Source: Eledone cirrhosa
Lineage: Eukaryota
Assembly (NCBI GenBank): GCA_964016885.1
Contig: OZ024748.1
Coordinates: forward strand, 16,120,001 to 16,184,000
Direction of reading: 5' to 3'
DNA length: 64,000 bases
In this document: piece after piece, positions 14,517 to 27,665 of the stretch
Numbering within the stretch: the first letter of the stretch is position 1
Layout of the letters: each line of letters starts with the position of its first letter
Translations under genes and position numbers: made by a program
The notes under the pieces: generated by a model
The model's database searches: none
What the model saw: the letters and a program-made list of their open reading frames with translations, nothing else
Told to the model about the DNA's origin: nothing

Positions 14517-14665
14517 GGAAAGAAAAAGAAAAAGAAAAAGAAAAAGAAAAAGAAAAAGAAAAAGAAAAAGAAAAAGAAAAAGAAAAAGAAAAAGAAAAAG
14601 AAAAAGAAAAAGAAAAAGAAAAAGAAAAAGAAAAAGAAAAAGAAAAAGAAAAAGAAAAAGAAAAA
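14517..14665. repeat. (GAAAAA)n microsatellite
   Basis: Direct reading; gives the poly-K ORF. Confidence 0.97.
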
Positions 14666-15249
14666 TTAAACAGTAAAAGTAAGGGAAGGGGTGGCAACAT
14701 CAGACTTTACAGCTCTGTATTGGTTTTTAGCCGGCTGCTCCTGCAGACAAAGTATTGAAGGCATTACCAGAGAGAGAGCAGCCTGCAACACCCACTGCCT
14801 CGGTCACTCCTCCTCATGAGGTGCCTTCCTCGGGTGGGTTGCACTCCTCCCAATTTTGTGGAGGAAAGCAGCAGCTCAAGGACTGAGGACACCAGGGGTT
14901 TTGATGGTGACTGGCAAGAAAAGGCCATCTGTCACTCCACCAAATGGGGATGCTTTCTCAGGTGGGATGCACTCTTTCCAAAACCCTAACCACTTGTCTG
15001 TGGCTGCTTCCAATCTCAAAGAAGACTCAAGAGCACAGCATGCCTCACCAAGGGATTTGATGGTAACTGGCAAAAAAAAAAAAGAAAAAAAAAGAAGGAA
15101 GCTGTCTGTCATGTCCGGGTATTTGCCTATCTTCTTCTCCTGCATACTACCTGTAGCGGGGCCAAGGTTTATAGTTGAAGCAGCGAGGCTGGTAGTAGAG
15201 AATGTATTGTAGTGTGTGGTATCATGGATTAGAGACTGACCTCCCAAAT

Positions 15250-15720
15250 GTGAGACCAACACCCTAACGACCAGGCCAATTAGTGAGACCAACACCCTAA
15301 CAACCCGGCCAATTATGAAACCAACACTCTAACTAGCTGGCCAATTAATGAGACCAATACCCTAACAACCAGGCCAAATAGGGAGGTCAACACCCTAATG
15401 ACCTGATCAATTAGGGTGACCAACACCCTAACCACTTAGCCAATTAGTGAGACCAACACCCTAATGACCAGGCCAATTGTGAAATCAACACCCTAACTAG
15501 CTGGCCAATTAATGAGACCAATACCCTAACAACCAGGCCAAATAGGGAGGTCAAGACCCTAATGACCTGATCAATTAGGGTGACCAACACCCTAACCACA
15601 TAGCCAATTAGTAAGATCAACACCCTAACCACAAGAGCCACCCATTAATGAGACCAACAACACCCTAACCACGAGAGCCACCCATTAATGAGACCAACAA
15701 CACCCTAACCACTAGACCCA
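15250..15720 (-). repeat. ~33-bp minisatellite apparently derived from a SINE/tRNA head
   Basis: Unit gagaccaacaccctaaccac..gccaattagt; the reverse complement tggcc.ggtggttagggtgttggtctc resembles an A-box-containing SINE head. Confidence 0.8.
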
Positions 15721-15925
15721 GGCACCTTGTCAATAAAAACAGTTGTGTTGGAAATGTTATGTGAAGCGTGTTAAAATGATCACACTGTAGAGATGGAGGT
15801 GAGATTATTGTTGTGAAATACATCGGCAACTTTCTATGTTGCTTTCAGATGTGATCTGTGGATTAAAGATAGAACTAAAACTTTACATTACTTTCATTCA
15901 TGCATCAATAGTCAAAAGTTGAGGC

Positions 15926-15957
<32 letters not shown>

Positions 15958-16234
15958 TATATATATATACACACACACACACACATATATATACACACAG
16001 ACACACATATATATACACACACAGACACATATATATACACACACAGACATATATATATACATACACATATATATACACACACAGACACACATATTTATAC
16101 ACACACAGACACATATATATATATACACACACATATATATACACACACAGACACACATATTTATACACACACAGACACATATATATATATACACACACAT
16201 ATATACACACACATACACACACACCCAGACACAC

Positions 16235-16280
<46 letters not shown>

Positions 16281-16364
16281 CACACATGATATATATATAT
16301 ATATACATACATATATATAAATATATATATATATCAGTATGAGTTATTAACTCTGCCTTTTATT

Positions 16365-16403
<39 letters not shown>

Positions 16404-16443
16404 CACATATGATATATATACATATATATATAAAGCACATATG

Positions 16444-16488
<45 letters not shown>

Positions 16489-16556
16489 CACACTTGATAT
16501 ATATATATACAATGATATTAAATAAATGGAAACTATATTTATAAAACCATATTTAT

Positions 16557-16611
16557 TCTATTATATATATTTCTAGGGTACCAAACTTTTGGTACGCTAT
16601 CATCAGATAAA
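16557..16611 (-). ncRNA. Type I hammerhead ribozyme motif
   Basis: Minus strand tttat CTGATGA tagcgtaccaa-aagt-ttggtacccta GAAA tatata TA ataga. Element ~16510-16683 is bounded by (TA)n and is the same family as ~32375-32550. Confidence 0.75.
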
Positions 16612-17059
16612 TACGAAGTGTGTTTTATAAATTTTGACATAATCAAGGAGAATACACCTTAACGGTTCAAGGTATCATTGGATAGTATATGATATATATA
16701 TATTTATATGTGTGTATGTATATATATATTTATATGTGTATGTGTGTGTGTGTATATATATGTGTGTGAATATGATTGGGTATGTACAAGCATATGTGTA
16801 AGGATCTGTAGGCCTGCCTGTCTGTGTGTATGTGTATGGGTGATGTGTGATGTATATATGTAAATATGTATGTGTGTCGGTACACAAGCATGTATATATG
16901 AGGGCGTAAGTATGTGTGTGTGTGTGTCAGTACACATGCATGTGTGTATGAAGATGTGTGTGTGTATGTGTGGGTGTCTTTCCAGGGGTTTGTTTTCTTT
17001 TATCAATTCCTGTCTCAAATTTTCTCATATTTCTTTGTCCTAGAATGTATATTTTTTAT

Positions 17060-17435
17060 TTAAGCCTTTACCATTTACATTACTCTATATATACTATGTT
17101 ACGGCCCTTTATGATCTGAGTTCAAATCCCGCCGAGGTTAACTTTGCCTTTCATCCTTACGGGGTCGATAAAATAAAGTACCAGTAATACACTGGGCAAT
17201 TGCTGGCCTTGTGCCTAACGTAGAAACAATTACTCTATATATACTATTGTATTTTTGTGGTAAAGTCTTTACCTCACATAATATCTCATAATATTGATTC
17301 TACGAGATTTTGATATTATATATTTTGAGGACAATACCTAAACATCAGTATGAGTAGCCAGTTATGGCTGGTTTGAACAGAAAGAGGTGAGAGAATTCTG
17401 GCCGGATATGGCCGGTTTAAATGCTAAAGGGTTAA
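17060..17435. mobile_element. TTAA-flanked (piggyBac-like) MITE interrupted by a SINE; uninterrupted relative at ~56267-56476
   Basis: Ends ttaa-gcctttaccattta and taaatgctaaaggg-ttaa are imperfect inverted repeats; the body matches 56275-56476. Confidence 0.7.
17098..17228 (+). mobile_element. 5'-truncated family A SINE with 19-bp TSD
   Basis: attactctatatatactat at 17079-17097 and 17229-17247 flanks the SINE. Confidence 0.9.
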
Positions 17436-17523
17436 TATGCAAAAATATGCGTATTTCCACCAAATTGTAAAATACTTCCAAATGTCATGAAATGATGAAA
17501 TATATTATTATTATTATTATTAT

Positions 17524-18150
17524 TGGATTGGCAGTATTGGTAGAGAGTCGGACATCATGGTTTTGCAGCATAGAGTTACGACCCTTTATGGTTTGAGTTC
17601 AAATCCTGCTGAGGTTAACGTTGCCTTTCATCCTTACAGGGTCGATAAAATAAAGTACCAGTAATGTACTGGTATTACTGCTGGCCTTGTGCCAAAAATA
17701 GAAACAATTATTATTATTATTATTATTGAGTGTTGCAGTGGAATGGCAGTATCGGTAGAGGGTCGGACGCCATGCTTTGACGCATAGAGTTACGGCCCTT
17801 TACGGGCTGAGTTCAAATCCTGCCGAGGTTAACTTTGCCTTTCATCCTTACGTGGTCGATAAAATAAAGTACCAGTAATGTACTGGGTAATTGCTGGCCT
17901 TGTGCCAAACGTAAAAATAATTATTATTGAGTGTTGTGGATTGGCAGAATCAGTAGAGCTTCGAACAATATGCACTGCGACATATAGCTGTGCCCTTTAT
18001 GTTCTGAGTTCAAATCCTGCTGAGGTTAGCTTTGCCTTTCATCATTACGGGATTCATAAATAAAATGCCAGTAATACACTGGGGTCAATTTTATCGACTT
18101 TCCCCCTCCTTTTCAAATTGCTGGCCTTGTGCCTGAAGTAGAAACAATTA
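17524..18150 (+). mobile_element. Three tandem family A SINE copies separated by (TTA)n
   Basis: Each has tggcag.at.ggtagag, gagttcaaatcc, tgcctttcatc.ttac..g..cgataaa and gctggccttgtgcc. Confidence 0.88.
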
Positions 18151-18249
18151 TTATTATTATTATTAATGAGAGTGAGAATTGGCAGAATCGTGAGAGCGTC
18201 AGGCAAAATGTTCTGTGGTAATTTTTCTGGCTCTCTAGATTCTGGCGTT

Positions 18250-20100
18250 TATAATGACAATGATGAGAGTGATGATGATGATGATGATGTTGTTGGTGGT
18301 GACACTGGTGATGATGATAGTGATGGCGATGGTGATGAGGGTGGTGACAATGGTGATAACGATAATGGTAATAATGATGGTAAAAATGATAATGATAGTG
18401 ATAAAATAAAAATGATAGTGATGGTGATAGGAAGAATGGTGTTGATGGTGGTGGTGGTGGTGATGGTGATAATAATGGTGATGGTGGTGATAGGAAGAAT
18501 GGTGATAATGGTGATGATGGTGGTGGTGGTGGTGATGGTGGTGATGGTGATAATAATGGTGTTCATGGTGATAGGAAGAATGGTGATAATGGTGATGATG
18601 GTGGTGGTGGTGGTGATGGTGGTGATGGTGATAATAATGGTGTTCATGGTGATAGGAAGAATGGTGATAATGGTGATGATGGTGGTGGTGGTGGTGATGG
18701 TGGTGATGGTGATAATAATGGTGTTCATGGTGATAGGAAGAATGGTGATAATGGTGATGATTGTGGTGGTGGTGGTGGTGACAATGATAATGGTGATGAT
18801 GATGATGATGGTGATAGGAAGAATGGTGATGATGGTGATGATGGTGGTGGTGGTGGGGGTGATGGTGGTGATGGTGATAATAATGGTGATGGTGGTGATA
18901 GGAAGAATGGTGATAATGGTGATGATGGTGGTGGTGGTGGTGATGGTGGTGATGGTGATAATAATGGTGATGATGGTGATAGGAAGAATGGTGATGATGG
19001 TGATGATGGTGGTGGTGGTGGTGGTGGTGGTGATGGTGGTGATGGTGATAATAATGGTGTTCATGGTGATAGGAAGAATGGTGATAATGGTGATGATTGT
19101 GGTGGTGGTGGTGGTGACAATGATAATGGTGATGATGATGATGATGGTGATAGGAAGAATGGTGATGATGGTGATGATGGTGGTGGTGGTGGGGGTGATG
19201 GTGGTGATGGTGATAATAATGGTGTTCATGGTGATAGGAAGAATGGTGATGATGGTGGTGGTGGTGGTGGTTGTGATGGTGGTGATAGTGATAATAATGG
19301 TGATGATGGTGATAGGAAGAATGGTGATAATGGTGATGATGGTGGTGGTGGTGGTGGTGATAATGATAATGGTGATGATGATGATGATGGTGATAGGAAG
19401 AATGGTGATGATGGTGATGATGGTGGTGGTGGTGGGGGTGATGGTGATAATGATGATGATGGTAGTGGTGGTGGTGGTGGTGGTGGTGGTGATAATGGTG
19501 CTGATGGTGGTGATGGTGATAGGAAGAATGATGATAATGGTGATGATGGTGGTGGTGGTGATGGTGATGATGGTGGCGATGGTGATGATAGGAAGAATGG
19601 TGATAATGATGATGATGATAATGACAGTGATAATAGTGATGAATGGTGGTAGTGGCAGGGCGAATGATGATGATGATGATGATGGTGGTGGTGATAGAGA
19701 CAATGATTGATAATGGTGGTGCCGATGATAGAGATGATGGTGATGGTGATGATGGTGATGGTGATGATGGTGGTGGTGGTGGGACTGGAGATAATGGGGA
19801 TGATAATGGTGATGATGATGATGGTGATAATGATGATGGGTTGGTGATGATAATGGTGATAATGATAATGGTGATGATGATGATGGTGATAATGATGATG
19901 GTGATGATGATAATGGTGATAATGATAATGGTGATGATGATGATGGTGATGATGATGATGACGATAATGATAATGGTGATGATGATGATGGTGATGATGA
20001 TGATGACGATAATGATAATGGTGATGATGATGATGGTGATGATGATGATGGCGATAATGATAATGGTGATGATGATGATGGTGATGATGATGATGGTGGT
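18250..20100. repeat. (GAT/GGT)-rich complex satellite with ggtgataggaagaatgg landmarks
   Basis: Direct reading; gives M/V/I and T/I low-complexity ORFs. Confidence 0.95.
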
Positions 20101-21215
20101 AAAAATGATGAAGATTGTGTGATGATAATGATGATGGTGGTGACGATGATGATGGTGATGAAGATGATGCTGATGATGATGGTGATGCCGGTGACAATGG
20201 TGATGGCGATGCTGATGATAATGATGGCGGTGACAGTGGTGATAATGATGATGGTGATGATGATGATGATTTGTCTGTTTTTGATGATGATGATGGCAGT
20301 AAAAATTATGAAGATTGTGATGATAATGATGATGGTGGTGACGATGATGATGGTGATGGCGATGATAATGATGGTGGTGACAGTGGTGATAATGATGATG
20401 GTGATGATGATGATGATTTGTCTGTTTTTGATAAATGATGGCAGTAAAAATGATGAAGATTGTGATGATAATGATGATGGTGGTGACGATGATGATGGTG
20501 ATGGCGATGATAATGATGGTGGTGACAGTGGTGATAATGATGATGGTGATGATGATGATGATTTGTCTGTTTTTGATGATGATGATGGCAGTAAAAATTA
20601 TGAAGATTGTGATGATAATGATGATGGTGGTGATGATGATGATGGTGATGGCGATGATAATGATGGCGGTGACAGTGGTGATAATGATGATGGTGATGAT
20701 GATGATGATTTGTCTGTTTTTGATAAATGATGATGGCAGTAAAAATTATGAAGATTGTGATGATAATGATGATGGTGGTGACGATGACGATGGTGATGGC
20801 GATGATAATGATGGCGGTGACAGTGGTGATAATGATGATGGTGGTGACGATGATGATGGTGATGGCGATGATAATGATGGCGGTGACAGTGGTGATAATG
20901 ATGATGGTGGTGACGATGATGATGGTGATGGCGATGATAATGATGGCGGTGACAGTGGTGATAATGATGATGGTGATGATGATGATGATTTCTCTGTTTT
21001 TGATAAATGATGGCAGTAAAAATTATGAAGATTGTGATGATAATGATGATGGTGGTGACGATGACGATGGTGATGGCGATGATAATGATGGCGGTGACAG
21101 TGGTGATAATGATGATGGTGGTGACGATGACGATGGTGAAGAAGATGGTGATGATAATGATGGCGGTGACAGTGGTGAAAATGATGATGGTGATGATGAT
21201 GATTTGTCTGTTTTT
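20100..21215. repeat. Higher-order (GAT)n satellite, ~140-150-bp unit
   Basis: Recurring ttgtctgtttttgat...ggcagtaaaaattatgaagattgtgatgataat landmarks. Confidence 0.9.
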
Positions 21216-21409
21216 GTTTTTATTTTCAATCAGCTTTTGTTAGATTATAATGTTGGTGTTTGACTTAGTGGCAGCCAAAGGTTGGATATATCGGTGAAAT
21301 CCTTCTGGCATGAAACACTCCAAAGACTTTCTGCTGACTTCACAAAATAGACATTGATCTAAATCCACATGCATGCTAAACACAGACTGTTTCTAGCTTG
21401 GCTGCTGTT

Positions 21410-22260
21410 ATCATCACAATCACCACCATCATCATCATCACCATTATCATGACAATCACCATCATCATCATCACCATTATCATCGTCACCATCCCATCAT
21501 CATCATCACCATTATCATCATCACCATTATCATCACCATCATCATCATCGCCATTATCATGACCATCCCATCCTCATTGTCACCATTATCATTATCACCA
21601 TTATCATCATTATCACCATCATCATCATTATCACCATCATCACCATTATCTCCACCACCACCACCACCATCATCATCACCATCACCATCATCACCATTAT
21701 TATCACCATCACCACCATCATCACCATCATCACCATCACCACCACCATCATCACCATTATCATCATTCTTCCTATCACCATCCCCATCATCACCATTATC
21801 ATCATTCTTCCTATCACCATCACCATCATCACCATTATCATCATTCTTCCTATCACCATCACCATCATCACCATTATCATCATTCTTCCTATCACCATCA
21901 CCATCATCACCATCATTATCACCATCAGCACCATCATCACCACCACCACCATTATCACCATTCTTCCTATCGCCATCACCATCATCACCATTATTATCAC
22001 CATCACCACCACCATCACCATCACCATCACCTTTATCACCGTCATTATCATCATCACCACCATTAACCCTATCACCGCCAACAATTCACATCATCATCAT
22101 CATCATCATCATCAACATCATCATCATCATCATCCCTATCATCAGCATCAACACTGACATCAACATCATCATAACCACAACCACACCACTAATTTTATTA
22201 TCATTAAAACAAACATAACCACCATCAACACTACCACCACCATTATCATTATCACCACCA
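21410..22260. repeat. (CAT/CAC)-rich satellite, reverse complement of the 18.4-19.6 kb array
   Basis: Contains cattcttcctatcacc, the reverse complement of ggtgataggaagaatg. Confidence 0.9.
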
Positions 22261-22354
22261 AATCTCTTTACTGATGCTGTCATGGATTTCAACCATGACA
22301 GAGAGAATGGTAATAAAGAGAATGGTAATAAAGACTCCTCTTTGTCTTATTAAC

Positions 22355-22397
<43 letters not shown>

Positions 22398-22452
22398 TCT
22401 ATCTCTCTCTCTGTATATCTATCTATCTATGTATCTATCTATCTATCTATCT

Positions 22453-23368
22453 CAACAATCGAAATCCCCAATAGGGGGGAGGCGCCACAAATGGGTTGTT
22501 TAATACCCCGTCGATAGAACAACCCTCAACTCAAGGAGCGTGTTGTGCAAGTGCTCCTTTCTTCCTTTTGCTCTCTTCCTCAACCTACAGGCTTATAAAC
22601 AGAGAAGGCCCAATCACTCGGGCCATTTTCGCTTCATTCACCCACCTTTCAGTAAATTTACTGGGGTGCAGTGCCTCTCTCTCCACCCTGATTCTCCTTC
22701 TAAAGTGATACTTAAAGAATGGAATCAATTGTTGTCCGGAGAGAAAGGCATCTGTCCTCAGTCCTCTCAACCTCGTCCACCATATAACTTCTTTCACCAT
22801 AGCCACCGTACAGAGGAAAACCGCCTCTCTTTCGTTTTTGAAAGAGTCTGGCGGTTTGATCCTTACTATGGACTCGGCAGTCAACTGTATTTGTCCCATA
22901 CGCGACAGCAGTTGTTCTGCATAGTTCCACAGGTCGCTTACGCCCGGGCAGTGTACAATTGCGTGCAGAACTGTTTCAATGTCTTGCGCACATCTTGGAC
23001 ACGTCCTCTTGGAAGGATACCTGCCAGGGCGTCCGTGCCTGTAGATCTTGTCACGAACCGGTAGAGCTCCTCGGTAGCACTGCCAGGCCAGGGACCTCTA
23101 GAAGTTGTCCATAGGTCCCGGGCGGAAAGTCCTACCAAACATACTGGTGAGCTCATCGTCTTCGACGCCCAGAGTCTCTCCGAGCACGTCGTCGCCCTTG
23201 TAACGTACAATCCCTCTATAGAATGTCGAAGTGGAGTCTCCACTGATTGCTGCGCCCGCTTGCCAGAGGACTGTTTGTTTTTATATTTTTTACACGACTG
23301 TATGTAAAATCCCCGGCATGTCTTTGTATTGTCCCCTTTCTTGTTGCGCCCTTGTGGCTAATAAAGAA

Positions 23369-23410
<42 letters not shown>
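22453..23410. mobile_element. L1/Tx1-like LINE 3' fragment with inverted structure (ORF2 C-terminus on -, 3' UTR end on +)
   Basis: Minus strand encodes the zinc knuckle TCPRCAQDIETVLHAIVHCP and downstream ...KEVIWWTRLRG..., with frameshifts. Segment ~23243-23370 on + matches the 3' end of the copy at 29859-30279 and ends aataaagaaa followed by (TCTA)n. Confidence 0.8.
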
Positions 23411-23677
23411 ATCCCTCTCTCCCACATAACCATGCTTGCACAGAGATTGACAGATGGAAAGATGCCACCCACTGCAACAGCCACCCTCAACTCTCAGAGC
23501 TCCTTCCTCAGCAGTCATTCTGATTTTACAGAGGAGATCAGCTGAATGAGGGCCAAGGACACTTGGTGATTCAACAGCGACCACTGTCAAAGAGGAAGGA
23601 GCCAGAAAAAGCCCCAGATTTCTTATCAATGTGCTATGAAAGATTTCCAAAGAGGAAAATATATTATTTTGATATCA

Positions 23678-23863
23678 GGGCGTTGAATTGGCAGTATCGG
23701 TAGAGGGTTGGACGCCATGCTTTCTAGCATAGTTACGTCTCTTTACGGTCTGAGTTCAAATCCAGTTGAGGTTAACTTTGCCTTTCACCCTTATGGAGTC
23801 GATAAAATAAAGTACCAGTAATGTACTGCCTAATTGCTGGCCTTGTGCCAAAAGTAGAAACAA
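23678..23863 (+). mobile_element. Family A SINE, probable TSD (atta/ataa)ttttgatatcagg
   Basis: Full consensus match; ttttgatatcagg occurs on both sides (~23667 and ~23867). Confidence 0.88.
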
Positions 23864-24929
23864 TAATTTTGATATCAGGTTCTGTAGCTGATTAATGAAT
23901 AAAGATATGCACAAAAATGCATATTCTAATCACGAAATATTTTAAGCATCAGTTGTAATTTCCTATAGATGATGTTATGAAAGTTAACAACTAAAAAATA
24001 ATAATATTATTATATTTATTATTTTCATAACTCATATTTTAATTCAATTTTATTTGAAATTCGTTTTTTTACACCTTACTTCAGTGAAATCTGTTTTTGT
24101 GTGTTTTATATTTTTTTTTTCTTAATTAAATAATCACAAAAACTATAAAATTATATTTATCTTTGATAGTTTATTATATTTAACACACTGAAAATATTTT
24201 GAAATATGGATTTTTAAGAATATACATGAAACAGAACGCATCTCTTTTTGCGATAATCGAAACTGGTGTCATTTTTCTCACAGTTTCTTTCCTCAAACGA
24301 ACAGAAGATAAATCTAAAACATGCAAGGAAATTTTTTTTACTTCATTGTATTAGCTTATCAAAAGATAGGAATAGTATACAGAAATATTACAATTTTTTT
24401 TTAATTTACAATATGTATATATTTATATATATATATATATATTGAAATATGCACATATGTATATTTACATAAACACACACAAATATATATATATATATAT
24501 ATATCAAAATATGCACATTTACCTAAAACATACATATATACATATATTTACACACGCACACACACACAAATATATATATATATTTGAAAATATACATATA
24601 TAAATATTTACTTAAAAATTTACAAATATTCATGTATTTGTATGTATGTACATTCATATATGTGAATAGATATCTATATATATACACAAGTGTATTTAAA
24701 TATGAAAATAGCATTCCTGATATTATTCATTATTGACATTTTTTATGTATCTCTTGATATTTTGGTGAGAATAAAAACAGGTAGCAAATTCAAATATGTT
24801 TCACCTTTTTCTCTAGCATTTCCATTCAACGATGTATGTGTGTGTGTGTATGTGTGTGTGTGTGTGTGGATGAATGATAACAATGCATGTATAGAAAATT
24901 ATATATAATATTGCATATAATATATACAT

Positions 24930-25141
24930 ATATATATATATTTATAATATATGTATGTGTGTATATATATATATATATACCGTCTAACCCATGCTAGAGT
25001 GGAAGGTGGACGTTAAACGACGATGATGATGATGATATATATATCATCGTCGCTTAACGTCCACCTTCCACTCTAGCATGGGTTAGACGGTATATATATA
25101 TATATACACACACACACATATATTATAAATATATATATATA
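24930..25141. repeat. Inverted duplication of an RTE/SINE tail plus flanking microsatellite
   Basis: ccgtctaacccatgctagagtggaaggtggacgttaa mirrored around a central (AT)n; the flanking tttataatatatg is mirrored as well. Confidence 0.9.
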
Positions 25142-25339
25142 TATATACACATGTGTATATATATATATATATATATATATGCGCGCGAGTGTGTATGTGT
25201 GTGTGCGTGTTTGCGTCTATTTCAGGGTTGAAACAGGGTCCTGTTACCTTGCAAGTTAATGTATGTTCTCTAATTGGCTACATTGTATACAACCATGTAT
25301 GCATATATATATATATATATGTAAATAAAAGAGCGGGCG

Positions 25340-25381
<42 letters not shown>

Positions 25382-25532
25382 ATACTTTGGGAGGGTCATG
25401 TTGCCAATAAGAAACACACGCACCAGTTGCTTTCACTTCAATTTAATTTATTAAATATTTATAAATTTACAAATTTATAAATTTCTGGTTGGTTGGTTGG
25501 TTCCACAACCAGATAGTTGTTTATATATATAT

Positions 25533-25577
25533 AGTCATAGTTCTTTCGTCAGACACTCTGTGACCTCTTCAGTGACT
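25533..25577 (-). ncRNA. Hammerhead motif, left-arm copy
   Basis: Minus strand agtca CTGAAGA ggtcacagagtgtctgac GAAA gaac TA tgact. Confidence 0.55.
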
Positions 25578-25685
25578 GGGGATTTCGTTCTTCGTTTCTG
25601 TGTCTTTCCTTTCTTCTATCCTACGCCATTTTGTTGGCGTAGGATAGAAGAAAGGAAAGACACAGAAACGAAGAACGAAATCCCC

Positions 25686-25730
25686 AGTCACTGAAGAGGT
25701 CACAGAGTGTGTGACGAAAGAACTATGACT
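25686..25730 (+). ncRNA. Hammerhead motif, right-arm copy
   Basis: agtca CTGAAGA g-gtcaca-gagtg-tgtgac GAAA gaac TA tgact: 5-bp stem I, 6-bp stem II with one unpaired G, stem III one change from palindromic gtac. Confidence 0.65.
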
Positions 25731-25944
25731 ATATATATATAAACAACTATCTGGTTGTGGAACCAACCAACCAACCAGAAAGTTATAAATTTGTAAATTT
25801 ATAAATATTTAATAAATTAAAATTGAAGTGAAAGCAACTGGTGCATGTGTTTCTTATTGGCAACATGACCCTCCCAAAGTATAACAATATCGGTTTCAAC
25901 ACACGATTTCAGATAAAGAATCTTGCTAAACAAATTCAGAAACG

Positions 25945-26067
<123 letters not shown>

Positions 26068-26335
26068 ATTAAAAGTTTAATAAGGTTCAATGAATTCATC
26101 AATGAATAAAGTTTCACAATAGATTAGAAGCACTCTACGAGGATTTTCTGGAGTTATTAAAATTTAACTTAAGATTTGAAAATAAACGGTCACACATCAT
26201 GTACCTAAATATTCTTTCCCCCCTATCTAATTATACGCTATTTATACATTACAATGCATATCTTCGTCCCTTTGTTTATACTATTAAACTTATTTTCCTC
26301 TTTCTAAATATTTTGAAGTAATATAATATATATAT

Positions 26336-26516
26336 TTAGTTATGTAATAAACAACATAAGATAATTATTTCATTTACCAGTGGTTTCTTGAAGGCAGATA
26401 TTATGAACCAGTGGTAAATGAAATAACTATCTTATGTTGTTTATTACATAACTAATAAGCTCTGTAGCCGACATAGAGCACTCTTTTTTCCTGTATCTTT
26501 CCGACAGAAATACTTC

Positions 26517-26520
<4 letters not shown>
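26336..26520. mobile_element. Short palindromic TA-flanked element (~50-bp arms plus tail)
   Basis: Arms 26336-26385 / 26406-26455; only a possible 3' half of a hammerhead (GAAA-taatta/taacta-TC) is visible. Confidence 0.6.
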
Positions 26521-26563
<43 letters not shown>

Positions 26564-26606
26564 ATAACAGGAGGCTGGACTGGTGTAAATCCTTGAAAGG
26601 TTTATT

Positions 26607-26664
26607 ATACTATGATCATTTCAATGACCGGGTTCCATATGAATCCGGTGATATCATCAGGTAT
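26607..26664 (-). ncRNA. Type I hammerhead ribozyme motif
   Basis: Minus strand atac CTGATGA tatcaccggattc-atatg-gaacccggtcatt GAAA tgatca TA gtat; palindromic stem III; element ~26560-26745 lies between (TA)n tracts. Confidence 0.75.
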
Positions 26665-26760
26665 TGGAATATAACAAAGCAATATGTAAAAAAACCTGGG
26701 TCCGAAAAATCGGAGTCAGAGACAAAGAGGACGATAGGCGGGTGATATATATATAATGGA

Positions 26761-26948
26761 GGCCCATGGCTTAGTGGTTAGAGCATTGGCCTTGCAATCG
26801 AAAGGTTGTGAGTTCAATTCTCGGACTGGGTGATGTGTTGTTTCCTTGAGCAAGACACTTTAATTCACATTGCTCCAGTTTACTCAGCTGTAGAAATGAG
26901 ATGATAGGGACTGGGGTCCCTATCATTCCACTGCAAAGTGGACATGTA
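26761..26948 (+). mobile_element. tRNA-derived SINE (family B), 5' part
   Basis: A-box-like tggcttagtgg, B-box-like gagttcaattc, core ccttgagcaagacacttt...tgctccagtttactcagctgtagaaatgag. Confidence 0.85.
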
Positions 26949-26949
26949 G

Positions 26950-27665
26950 TTGCCACCAACACCACCACCACCACCACCAACTACAACAACATCACCCCCC
27001 ACTACCACTATCACACCCACCAATGCCACAACCACCACCACCACCAACAACACTATCACACACACCAATGCCACAACCACCATCACCACCAACAACAACA
27101 GCACCACCAGCAACAACAGCACCACCAACAACACTACCAACAACAACAGCACCACGAACAACAACAGCACCACCACCAACACCAACAGCACCACCACCAC
27201 CACCAACAACATCACCGCCAACAGCACCACCACCAACATCACCAGCACCACCACCAACAACATCACCACCAACAGCACCACCACCACCAACACCACCACC
27301 ATCACCAACAACACCAACAACACTACCAACAACAACAGCACCACCAACAACAACAGCACCACCACCACCAACATCACCACCAACAACAACAGCAGCACCA
27401 CCACCAACAACAACAACAGCACCACCGCCACCAACACTACCACCATCACCACCAACATCACCACCAACACCACCAACAACACCACCACCACAACCAACAA
27501 CACCACCACCAACATCACCACCAACAACACTACCAACAACAACAGAACTACCACCAACAACAGCACCACCACCAACAACACCAACACCACCACCACCAGC
27601 AACAACAACAACACCACCACCACCACCACCAACATCACCACCAACAACACTACCAACAACAACAA
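26950..27665. repeat. (ACC/AAC)-rich compound repeat
   Basis: Direct reading; gives T/N, H/Q and L/V low-complexity ORFs. Confidence 0.95.

Noticed and set aside
18166-21263. Long M/V/I-rich and D/G-rich ORFs resembling acidic biomineral proteins
   Set aside because: (GAT/GGT)n satellite is open in several frames on both strands with frame-shifting units; no non-repetitive domain or credible splice context.
24185-24314. Possible minus-strand exon after ttccttgcatgttttag
   Set aside because: Short, with no recognisable protein similarity in any frame.
26761-26830. tRNA-like sequence
   Set aside because: SINE head: it continues into the SINE core, recurs with variation and lacks a proper acceptor stem.
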